In this document: positions 54,092 to 62,356 of the stretch, in pieces
How positions within the stretch are numbered: position 1 is the first letter of the stretch
Layout of the letters: each line of letters opens with the position of its first letter
Origin: Deltaproteobacteria bacterium
GTDB lineage: Bacteria; Desulfobacterota; Binatia; Binatales; Binataceae
NCBI GenBank assembly: GCA_027317185.1
Contig: DAHVFB010000006.1
Coordinates: forward strand, 593 to 64,592
Direction: 5' to 3'
Length of the DNA: 64,000 nucleotides
Position numbers and translations under genes: made by a program
The notes under the pieces: generated by a model
What the model was told of the DNA's origin: nothing
Database searches by the model: none
Seen by the model: the letters and a program-made list of their open reading frames with translations, nothing else

Positions 54092-55722
54092 TGCGCCCCA
54101 TTCTCCTGCATCTTGCGGATTTGCCGCATCAGACGTTCGATATGCTCACCTGTTGGCCGGTTCACCATCTTCATATCGGGACCAACCGGGTCGGGCGCCA
54201 TAAAGCTGGTCGCATCGATGATTAGATGATGGCCTTTGCCGGGCACCTCGGCCGCCGGATCGATCGGCACCATCGGCATGTTCGGCATCACCATTATGTC
54301 GCTCGCGCGGGTACGTACCGAGATTGCCCACATCACCTGGTTCAAATCGAACGGGTCGACGTCGTCATCGACCATGATCAGGTTCTTCAGATACATCATG
54401 CCGTGCGGCGTGCTGAGCGCGCGCAACGCGACCGATTTCGCAAATCCGCCGTAGCGATTCTTGAGCGAGATGATTCCGGTTAGTCCATGATGATACAGAG
54501 CGTTGACCGCCTGAATTTCGGGAAACTGATCCTTCAAGACCGAATAGATTGGAACCGAGGTTGACAGTCCGATCAACGTATCGTGTTCGGTCCATCCCTT
54601 GCCGATGTAGATACTTTCGAAGATCGGGTCGCGCCGATGCGACACCGCTGTCACCTTAAACACCGGCGCGCGCCGCACCCCGCTATAGCTGCCGGGAAAC
54701 TCTCCGAACGGACCTTCGAGGATGCGCTCGCCGGTCATCAACTCCGCTTCGATCACGATTTCGGTGCCGGCCAGGATATCCAGCCCGTTGCCGGACTGGG
54801 TCAAGGTGATCGGTTGGCCCATCATCGCGGACGCATAGGCAAACTCACTTTCGTCGTACGCGAGCGGGGTCGCCGCGAACATCGCGATCGCGGGGTGATT
54901 ACCCAGCATCACGGAGATGCGGAACGGACGATTCTCCTTCTCCGCGATTAATATCTGGCGTCCGATGTCATGCGCCGGGATGGTCATCAGCGAAAACGTG
55001 TCGGGCGCATGAATCTGCAGGCGATAGATACCGACGTTCTGCTTGTTGAAATCCTCGGGGTCGCGTGGGTCGCGGCTTACCACCGCCGCCTTGCCGAGGT
55101 AGAAACCGCCGTCGAACTCGTTGATTCGGGTCAGCGGAATAAGGTCGTAGAGGTTGATCGCTTTCTCAATGCGGACCTCGTTAACCGGGGCGTCCTCCGG
55201 TTTGATCCAGTTGAGCTCCGGCTTGGCGCCCTTCGCACCCCAGCGCCGGGTCATCTCGAAAAACAGCTCTTTAATCGTGGCGGTCTTTGGATAGCCGAGC
55301 AGGAGCGCGATATTGGCCCACGTCGCATGCACGCCGATTATCAGCTTACGGCCCGGGTACCCGCGGATATTATCGAATAGGACGGCGGGACCGCCCCGCA
55401 CGTCGTTGCTGGCCGCCACCGCGATATGGCGAATATCCGGTTCCGGCATGACCGGTTCGGTCCACCTGATGCACTGCTGGTTGTCAGTCAGCAGTTGGAT
55501 GAAATCGCGCAACGAGCCGATTTGCCGGGCTTTTTTGGCCGGCACTGCGATCGAACTGCGCTGAACCCCATTGGGTATTTTTTCCGCGCTGCCGCGGGCG
55601 GGAATTTCCTCCACCGAACAATCCTCCCAGAAACGGTCCGGCGCCTGGCCGGGCTGGTTTGGCGTCAAATCTAACCTGCTATGCGCATTGATGTCGAGCA
55701 ACGCCTGCGATCTTCCGCGCAT
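54088..55722 (-). CDS. UbiD-family (prenyl-FMN-dependent) aromatic acid decarboxylase, VdcC-like
   Basis: LRDFIQLL...GGPAVLFDNIRGYPGRKLIIGVHATW and a full UbiD body. The ORF N-terminus is about 60 aa longer than usual. A GTG at 55545 (485 aa) is a plausible true start. Confidence 0.9.
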   Translation of the reverse strand: MRGRSQALLDINAHSRLDLTPNQPGQAPDRFWEDCSVEEIPARGSAEKIPNGVQRSSIAVPAKKARQIGSLRDFIQLLTDNQQCIRWTEPVMPEPDIRHIAVAASNDVRGGPAVLFDNIRGYPGRKLIIGVHATWANIALLLGYPKTATIKELFFEMTRRWGAKGAKPELNWIKPEDAPVNEVRIEKAINLYDLIPLTRINEFDGGFYLGKAAVVSRDPRDPEDFNKQNVGIYRLQIHAPDTFSLMTIPAHDIGRQILIAEKENRPFRISVMLGNHPAIAMFAATPLAYDESEFAYASAMMGQPITLTQSGNGLDILAGTEIVIEAELMTGERILEGPFGEFPGSYSGVRRAPVFKVTAVSHRRDPIFESIYIGKGWTEHDTLIGLSTSVPIYSVLKDQFPEIQAVNALYHHGLTGIISLKNRYGGFAKSVALRALSTPHGMMYLKNLIMVDDDVDPFDLNQVMWAISVRTRASDIMVMPNMPMVPIDPAAEVPGKGHHLIIDATSFMAPDPVGPDMKMVNRPTGEHIERLMRQIRKMQENGAQ

Positions 55723-55811
55723 GGACTAATTCAGCCAGTATTAACTTTGGAATTGCCTTGACACTGCTATATTCGTCTGGTCAATTCGGATTCAAATTGC
55801 GAGGAAAGTTT

Positions 55812-57077
55812 ATGAATGAAAACCTGACCAGAATGGGCGATTATTACGCGGCGGCGCTCGACGACGTCGAACTCACGCCCAAGACTCGCGCAATTCTGGC
55901 CGGGCTTGATCCGTCGGCGCAGGATCATAAGCAGGCCATCTCGTTGCCGCCCCAATGTTACACCTCGGAAGACTGGTTCGAGTTTGAAAAGCGCGCTGTC
56001 TTCGATCGCGATTGGGTCTGCGTCGGTCATTCGGGGTTGATTCCCAAGCCCGGCGATTTCCAGACCATCAACATGAACCATGACCCGTTGATCGTTTTGC
56101 GCGATCAGGCGGGTGTGGTGAAAGTGATGGCGGGCGTATGCGCCCATCGCGGACGCTTGGTCTGCGAGGGCGCCGGCAACACCGACAAGTTTGTCTGCCC
56201 GCTTCATCACTGGACTTATGATCTGAATGGACAACTTTTGGGCGCGCCGGAGATGAACTCGGTTCTGCCGCTGGCCGAGTTGCAGAAGCAGGCTTTCCTG
56301 CCGGTGCTACGCAGCGAGGTCTGGAATGGCTTCATCTTCGTCAATATGGACGGGCGGGCCATGCCGCTCGCGCCGCGGCTCAAGCGGCTGACCAAGGAGA
56401 TTGAAAACCATCACATCGGTGAGATGCTCGGCACGCCCACCTTCGATTTTCCTGATTACAACTGGAACTGGAAGTACATGCAGGAGAATGCGATCGAGCC
56501 GTATCACACCCATTATCTCCATCGTGGCATCCACGACCACGCGCCCTCGCGGCTGGCCTCGTTCGTCGAGTGGGACCCCGACGACGATGGCGCCGTGTTC
56601 CATCCGACCGGGTTCGTCGAACTCGACGGAAACTTCAATATGAGCTTTAAGTGCCTCTTCCCGGTGATTAAGACCTTGACCGAGAAGGAGCGCCAGCGCG
56701 TGATGTTCATCACGGTGCTGCCGAATCTGTTTATCGGGACGGTGCCGGATGGCGTGTTCTACTACATCATCCAGCCCCAGAGCGCGAACAAGATCGTTCT
56801 GCGGGTGGGCTTCCTATACCCCGAGGCCACGCTCGCGGACAAAAACTTCGATTACATCTTTAAGATGACGGTCGATGGACTGTGCACCTACAACGATCAG
56901 GACGTCGCGTCAAATGCCGGGGTCCACGTGGGACTTAAATCCCGTTTCGCCCCGCGCACCCGTTATGCGCCTAAAGAAAAAACCCTGTCGCAAATGAACC
57001 GATGGCTGGTGAAGCGCTACAAAGCCTACGCCACCGAGCTTGAGTCGCGCGATCGGGCTGCGGCAGCCGGCCGTTGA
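55812..57077 (+). CDS. Rieske [2Fe-2S] aromatic ring-hydroxylating/demethylating oxygenase, alpha subunit
   Basis: Rieske motif CAHRGRLVC...CPLHHW. Mononuclear iron region NAIEPYHTHYLH. ATG 55812 is preceded by GAGGAAAG. Confidence 0.88.
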   Translation: MNENLTRMGDYYAAALDDVELTPKTRAILAGLDPSAQDHKQAISLPPQCYTSEDWFEFEKRAVFDRDWVCVGHSGLIPKPGDFQTINMNHDPLIVLRDQAGVVKVMAGVCAHRGRLVCEGAGNTDKFVCPLHHWTYDLNGQLLGAPEMNSVLPLAELQKQAFLPVLRSEVWNGFIFVNMDGRAMPLAPRLKRLTKEIENHHIGEMLGTPTFDFPDYNWNWKYMQENAIEPYHTHYLHRGIHDHAPSRLASFVEWDPDDDGAVFHPTGFVELDGNFNMSFKCLFPVIKTLTEKERQRVMFITVLPNLFIGTVPDGVFYYIIQPQSANKIVLRVGFLYPEATLADKNFDYIFKMTVDGLCTYNDQDVASNAGVHVGLKSRFAPRTRYAPKEKTLSQMNRWLVKRYKAYATELESRDRAAAAGR

Positions 57078-57121
57078 TTGGAACCGATTGCTTGGTTGAG
57101 GGAGATGGATTGAGAAAATAG

Positions 57122-57877
57122 ATGAGTTCAGAAATTCAGGAATTGAAGGAACTACTGCTCGACCTCCGGCGCGATATTGGCCGCTTGCAGGATCTCGAAT
57201 CGATCAAGTATCTCATTACCTCCTATGCGCGGGGCTGCGACCGCGGCAACGATCCGGTGATGATCGCGCCGCTGTTCGCCGAAGATGGAATTTGGGAGAG
57301 CGCCGGCTTTGGCGCCTACCATGGCCGTCGGAACGTCGCCGCGGCGCTCAAGGGGATTGCGGGCGAAAAAATCTGGTGGTCGCTCCATTACATGATCTCG
57401 CCGCAGATCGAGCTTGATCCGTCGGGCCTTGGCGGCAAGGCTTTCTGGTATTTGTGGGAATCGGCCACCATACCCGATTCAGACACCAACAAGGCCGAGT
57501 CACATTGGATCGGCGGCACCTATGATGCCGAAGTGGTAAAGCGGGACGGCAAATGGCTGTTCAGCAAGATGGTCCTCAATCTCAACCTTGCCAGTCCGTA
57601 CAATGAGGGATGGGTCAATCAACGTTTTCCCAGGGGCAATGACCATCAGCCCTATTTCCGCGAACTGGAACCGGACAGCTATTTCTGGTGCGCTTGTGGC
57701 CGCTCGAAGAATCAACCATTCTGCGACGGATCGCACAAAGGCACCAATCATCGCCCGGTCGAATTGACGATCGAGAAACGCCAGATGGTCGTGCTGTGCG
57801 GATGCAAGCGAACTGGCACCGGCCCATTTTGCGACGGCACCCATCTCAACCTGAAACTCGACAATAAAGCTGATTAA
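57122..57877 (+). CDS. fusion protein: NTF2/SnoaL-like domain + two CDGSH-type iron-sulfur domains
   Basis: The N-terminal 170 aa has a SnoaL_4-like pattern (LQDLESIKYLITSYARGCDRGN...). The C-terminus has two motifs, CACGRSKNQPFCDGSH and CGCKRTGTGPFCDGTH. Confidence 0.85.
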   Translation: MSSEIQELKELLLDLRRDIGRLQDLESIKYLITSYARGCDRGNDPVMIAPLFAEDGIWESAGFGAYHGRRNVAAALKGIAGEKIWWSLHYMISPQIELDPSGLGGKAFWYLWESATIPDSDTNKAESHWIGGTYDAEVVKRDGKWLFSKMVLNLNLASPYNEGWVNQRFPRGNDHQPYFRELEPDSYFWCACGRSKNQPFCDGSHKGTNHRPVELTIEKRQMVVLCGCKRTGTGPFCDGTHLNLKLDNKAD

Positions 57878-57916
57878 ATCAAGTATAAGCGGTCTGCCAT
57901 TTCGGAGGGCTTAAGG

Positions 57917-58519
57917 ATGATTCACAGACGGCAATTACTGGCGGCCGGCGCGGGACTGGTGGTCATGACGCCACTGAAAATCCCGCTGACGTTTATTACC
58001 GGCGCGATCGGCTCGGCGGCTGCCAGCCCAGACGTATTGGCGGAAAGCGGGCTGGCTGGCTCGCTCGAATTGATCTCGGCGGCCCGGGAAAACGCCCGCG
58101 CCGCGCGCGTGAGCGACATCGACAGCACGATTCTTATCGGCCAATTATCCAAAGCATGGGCCAGGCATCCCCGCCCGTTGTTCGGGATGACGCGCAGCGA
58201 TGTCGCGGTGCTGGTCGAGGCGCTGGCGCGCGACCATGGAATGGCAGTGGTCTACCGCGGATGGCACGACCATCGCGCAGACGGCTCGGTCCATCACGTG
58301 CTGCATGGCGATGCGAAAGCCGTCGCGATGCTGAAACGGCAATTTAATTCCACCGGCAGTTTCGGAAAAATTCTGGGCGAGCAAATAACCGTTTTGACCG
58401 CATCCGGCGGCCGTCCGGAATCGGTTAATTTCGAGGTTGCCACCGGCCGCCAGCCATCGGGCAGAGCCCGTTTCGTTTCATGGGCGGTCGCCCCTGTCGA
58501 AACGGCCACGGCCATCTGA
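57917..58519 (+). CDS. hypothetical protein with a twin-arginine (Tat) signal peptide
   Basis: MIHRRQLLAAGAGLVVMTPL... has a Tat-type RRxLL motif and an h-region. No family recognised for the mature part. Confidence 0.55.
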   Translation: MIHRRQLLAAGAGLVVMTPLKIPLTFITGAIGSAAASPDVLAESGLAGSLELISAARENARAARVSDIDSTILIGQLSKAWARHPRPLFGMTRSDVAVLVEALARDHGMAVVYRGWHDHRADGSVHHVLHGDAKAVAMLKRQFNSTGSFGKILGEQITVLTASGGRPESVNFEVATGRQPSGRARFVSWAVAPVETATAI

Positions 58520-58561
58520 AATCACGGGCCCCGTGTATCGCACGATCGGAGAACCATCTAG

Positions 58562-60136
58562 ATGAATGCCAAACTTCCCAGGGGTGTATCCAAGGAGCAG
58601 TTCGCATCGGCGATGAACGCGATGCGAAAGGTGGTCGGCAACCAATGGGTAATCGTCGACGATAACCCGTTGATCGCCGGTTACATGGATACGTATTCAG
58701 CCGCTCCCGTCAGCTCCACCGCCGCCTCCGCCGCCGTCTGCCCCGCCAGCGTCGAGGAGGTGCAACAGATCGTCAAAATCGCGCATAGCCATCGGATTCC
58801 GATCTGGTCGATTGCGACCGGAAGAAACTTCGCCTATGGCGGCCCTGCGCCGCGCAGCGCCGGCCAGGTGGTGCTCGATTTGCGCCGGATGAACCGCGTA
58901 CTCGAAGTCAACACCGAGCTCGGCTACGCGATCGTCGAGCCGGGCGTCGGCTACGTTGATTTCTACAACTACATGCAAAAACACAAGCTGCCCTACTGGA
59001 TCGATTGCGCGGCCAATGGAATGGGCGGCGTGATGGGCAATACGCTTGATCATGGCGTCGGCTACACCGCCTACGGCGACCATCTGTTGATGCAATGCGG
59101 GATGGAAGTGGTGATGTCGGATGGCTCGCTGATGCGCACGGGGATGGGCGCGCTGCCCAACAGCACCTGCTTTCCGCTCTACAAGTATGGCTATGGCCCG
59201 TACATCGACGGCCTTTTTACCCAATCGAACTTCGGCGTGGTGACGAAAATCGGCTTGTGGCTGATGCCCGAGCCGCCCGCCTTCAAACCCTTCAAGGTGC
59301 AGTTCGAAAGCGAGGACGACCTTTACCAGGCGACCGAGCTGATGCTGCCGCTCAAGATCAATATGATCATTCCGAACGCGGCCATCACCACTCATCTGCT
59401 GTGGGAAGCGAGCCTCTTCACCACCAAGCACGAATGGAGCAGCGGCCCCGGCGCGTTGCCGCAAAGCACGCTGCGCCGCATCGCGGAAAAGTTCGACATC
59501 GGAATGTGGAATTTCTATGCCGCGCTTTACGGGATGCCTGAAGTGGTCGAGGAAAACTGGAAGCTGGTCGAGGCGACCTTCCAGAAGATCAAAGGCGCGA
59601 AAATCATTCTTGGCGAAGATCGCAAAGGCGATCCGAGCTTCGATTACCGCGCCCGGCTGATGCGCGGTGAGCCGAACCTGACCGAGTTCTCGCTGTTGAA
59701 CTGGGTCGGCGGCGGTGGCCATATCAACTTCTCGCCGATTTCTCCGGCCAGCGGCGACGACGCGATGAAGCAGTTCCACATGATTCGCCAGGTCTGCGAG
59801 AAATATGGCTTCGACTATATCGGCGAATTCGTGATCGGATGGCGCGAGCAGCATCACATCCTGATGCTGATGTTCAATCGCTACGACGCCGACGAAAGTA
59901 AGCGAGCTCATGATTGTTTCGCGCAGTTGATCGACGATGCGGCCGCGCAGGGCTACGGCGAGTACCGCACCAATCTGCATTTCATGGACGCGATCGCCGA
60001 GACCTACAATGCCAACGACGGCGCACTGCTGAAGATGCATCGGCGGGTAAAACGCGCGCTCGATCCGGCCGGGATTCTGGCGCCGGGCAAGAACGGCATC
60101 TGGCCCATTGGCGAAACCCCGGAGACCGAATCATGA
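58562..60136 (+). CDS. VAO/PCMH-family FAD flavoprotein, p-cresol methylhydroxylase (PchF)-like subunit
   Basis: FAD_binding_4 domain with the IATGRNFAYGGPAPR loop, plus a VAO-type cap domain. It is followed by a c-type cytochrome with an ATGA overlap. Confidence 0.88.
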   Translation: MNAKLPRGVSKEQFASAMNAMRKVVGNQWVIVDDNPLIAGYMDTYSAAPVSSTAASAAVCPASVEEVQQIVKIAHSHRIPIWSIATGRNFAYGGPAPRSAGQVVLDLRRMNRVLEVNTELGYAIVEPGVGYVDFYNYMQKHKLPYWIDCAANGMGGVMGNTLDHGVGYTAYGDHLLMQCGMEVVMSDGSLMRTGMGALPNSTCFPLYKYGYGPYIDGLFTQSNFGVVTKIGLWLMPEPPAFKPFKVQFESEDDLYQATELMLPLKINMIIPNAAITTHLLWEASLFTTKHEWSSGPGALPQSTLRRIAEKFDIGMWNFYAALYGMPEVVEENWKLVEATFQKIKGAKIILGEDRKGDPSFDYRARLMRGEPNLTEFSLLNWVGGGGHINFSPISPASGDDAMKQFHMIRQVCEKYGFDYIGEFVIGWREQHHILMLMFNRYDADESKRAHDCFAQLIDDAAAQGYGEYRTNLHFMDAIAETYNANDGALLKMHRRVKRALDPAGILAPGKNGIWPIGETPETES

Positions 60137-60495
60137 TCGTTCGTCGAACTCTTACCGCTGCGGCGCTGATCGCGATGATGATCGTGGGAACCGCGCATGC
60201 GGGTGATATGAAAAATTCGGTCAGCCATGGCGAGCAGATCTTTAATACGCAATGCATATTTTGCCACGGCCAGGGATTGGGTCATCCGGCCTGGCAGATG
60301 CTCGCGCTGAAGAAGGGCAAGGCCAAGGCGTATATCGTCGGCCGCACGGACCTCACCCCGCTCTATATCAAACACGTGGTGCGTAACGGGCTGATTGAGA
60401 TGCCACCGTTCAGGGTCAGCCAGATTTCGAATCCGGACCTCGACGCCCTGGCGCAGTACATAACCCATCCAGACGGCGCGCAAAGCGCAAAGTGA
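60133..60495 (+). CDS. monohaem c-type cytochrome (PchC-like subunit)
   Basis: Sec signal MIVRRTLTAAALIAMMIVGTAHA|GD. Haem motif CIFCH. Distal Met candidate in IEMPPF. Size 120 aa. Confidence 0.85.
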   Translation: MIVRRTLTAAALIAMMIVGTAHAGDMKNSVSHGEQIFNTQCIFCHGQGLGHPAWQMLALKKGKAKAYIVGRTDLTPLYIKHVVRNGLIEMPPFRVSQISNPDLDALAQYITHPDGAQSAK

Positions 60496-60508
60496 TCAGG
60501 AGATAACC

Positions 60509-62047
60509 GTGGCGACTGCTTTAGCTGCAAACTCCGACTCTCGGGCTATCACGCCGGCGCTTGATCAGATACGTGCGGCGCTTGGCGATAATTCGGTCAT
60601 CGCCGATCGTGCGAGCCTGGCGAAATACGTCGATTCGGGTTCGCTCGCCGGTCCCGATGCGCCGCTTCCGGGCGCAGCCGTGATGCCCACCAGCGTGGAG
60701 CATGTCCGCGCTTTGTTGGCGATCGCGACTCAGCATCGAATCGGGCTGTGGCCGTTGGTCGGATCCGGACCATTTGCCGCTTCCGCCGATCGCGCCGGAC
60801 AGCTCGTGGTGGTCGATCCGCAGCGCATGAACCGGATCCTTGAGGTCAACGAAAAATACGCGTACGCACTGGTGGAGCCTGGCGTCACTTACGCGCAGCT
60901 CCACGATCGACTGCGCGACGGCAATCCACCGCTATGGCTCGACTGCGCCTCGCAACCGTCCAGTTCGCCAGCCAGCGATTTTGTGAATCGCTCGTTCGGC
61001 TACACGCCGTACAACGATCACGTGATCATGCAATGCGGGCTTGAGGCGGTGCTGCCCGACGGATCCCTGGTGCGCACCGGAATGGGCGCGATGCCGAAAA
61101 GCTCGTCGTGGCAACTTTTCAAGTACGGCTACGGGCCATATACCGACGGCAGCTTCACTCAATCGAGCCTCGGGATCATGACCAAAATCGGCATCTGGCT
61201 GATGCCCGCCCCGCCCGCCTGCCAGCCTTTCATGATCACCATTCCGCGCGAGGAGGACCTTCACGCCGCGATCGACATTCTGAAGCCGCTCAAGATCACG
61301 ATGCTGATTCCGAATACCGTTGTGGTGTCGCACCTGCTCGACGACGCCGCCCTGAGCGCGCCGCGGAGTAAGTACGATTCCGGCAGTGGTCCGATTTCGG
61401 CCAGTGCAGCGGCAAAGATAGCCTCCGATACCAATCGCGGAATGTGGAACATTTATGGCGCTCTGTACGGGGTGCCACCGGGTATCGCGGTGGGCTGGAA
61501 AGTTATCCAGGATGCCTTCAGTAAAATCCCGAAGGCTGGCTTTTACACCAATGAGAATCGAAAAGACGATCCGGTTTTTGCCTATCGATCGCAACTGATG
61601 TGTGGCGTACCCGCGGCGCCGCCTTCGACAACTCGGCAATGGAACGCCGGTGGGCACGCCGAAATCTCCCAGGTGATACCGTTGACCGGCGCGCATGCAG
61701 CACGCGCATTTGACCTCGCGAAAGGGATCGCGCGAGAGCATAAGTTCGATTATCCATGCTCCTTTCAGGCCACCTGGCGCAGCGCGTTTCTGGCGGGCAC
61801 TATTCCGTTCGATCCGAACTCGGCCGATGATCGCAAGCGTGCGCAGGCTTGCGCCAAATCGATCGTCGAGCGGATGGCGAAATCCGGCTATGGAACGGTC
61901 GCGGCGCCGGCGGAGATTGCGGCAGAGGCGGCCTCAACCTATAGCGCGCATAACGGCGCATTTTGGAACATGCATCGCAAGCTGAAGGCGGAGTTCGATC
62001 CCCGCGATGTGCTCGCCTCTCCGTTTCCGCTCAGCAAACAGACCTGA
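60509..62047 (+). CDS. second VAO/PCMH-family flavoprotein paralog with a divergent FAD-loop
   Basis: Collinear with 58562..60136 (RMNRILEVN, ALVEPGVTY, IGIWLMPAPP, KITMLIPN). The GRNxxYGG loop is replaced by VGSGPFAAS. GTG start. Confidence 0.8.
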   Translation: MATALAANSDSRAITPALDQIRAALGDNSVIADRASLAKYVDSGSLAGPDAPLPGAAVMPTSVEHVRALLAIATQHRIGLWPLVGSGPFAASADRAGQLVVVDPQRMNRILEVNEKYAYALVEPGVTYAQLHDRLRDGNPPLWLDCASQPSSSPASDFVNRSFGYTPYNDHVIMQCGLEAVLPDGSLVRTGMGAMPKSSSWQLFKYGYGPYTDGSFTQSSLGIMTKIGIWLMPAPPACQPFMITIPREEDLHAAIDILKPLKITMLIPNTVVVSHLLDDAALSAPRSKYDSGSGPISASAAAKIASDTNRGMWNIYGALYGVPPGIAVGWKVIQDAFSKIPKAGFYTNENRKDDPVFAYRSQLMCGVPAAPPSTTRQWNAGGHAEISQVIPLTGAHAARAFDLAKGIAREHKFDYPCSFQATWRSAFLAGTIPFDPNSADDRKRAQACAKSIVERMAKSGYGTVAAPAEIAAEAASTYSAHNGAFWNMHRKLKAEFDPRDVLASPFPLSKQT

Positions 62048-62137
62048 AGAAGGGTGGTAGCGTAAGTCGATCGGAAACACCCAAACCGGAGCTGAGCGGC
62101 CGCCCGCGATAACCACAACCCATTCAATGGAGTATCG

Positions 62138-62266
62138 ATGAACACCGAAGCCCCCAACCTCAAAACCGTAGTCGGAATGATCGTGGTCACCGTCATCCTC
62201 GCTGGAGCGTTATCCTTCTTTCTGATCGGCCATTTCGCGCCTCCCACTTACATGATCTACGGTTGA
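62138..62266 (+). CDS. candidate 42-aa single-TM mini-protein
   Basis: My own translation: MNTEAPNLKTVVGMIVVTVILAGALSFFLIGHFAPPTYMIYG. GGAG lies 5 nt upstream of the ATG. It is below the ORF-track length cutoff. Confidence 0.45.
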   Translation: MNTEAPNLKTVVGMIVVTVILAGALSFFLIGHFAPPTYMIYG

Positions 62267-62356
62267 TCGTCGGTCGAGCCTGACCTCGACCACGCTTTCG
62301 CGATCTTCAAACACTGGCTGCCGGGCGGGCCGCCGTTCCTTGCGCGATTCGAGGGA

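Noticed and set aside
58697-60040. 447-aa minus-strand ORF
   Set aside because: It is antisense to the PchF-like flavoprotein gene and includes a poly-Gly tail. It is a shadow ORF.
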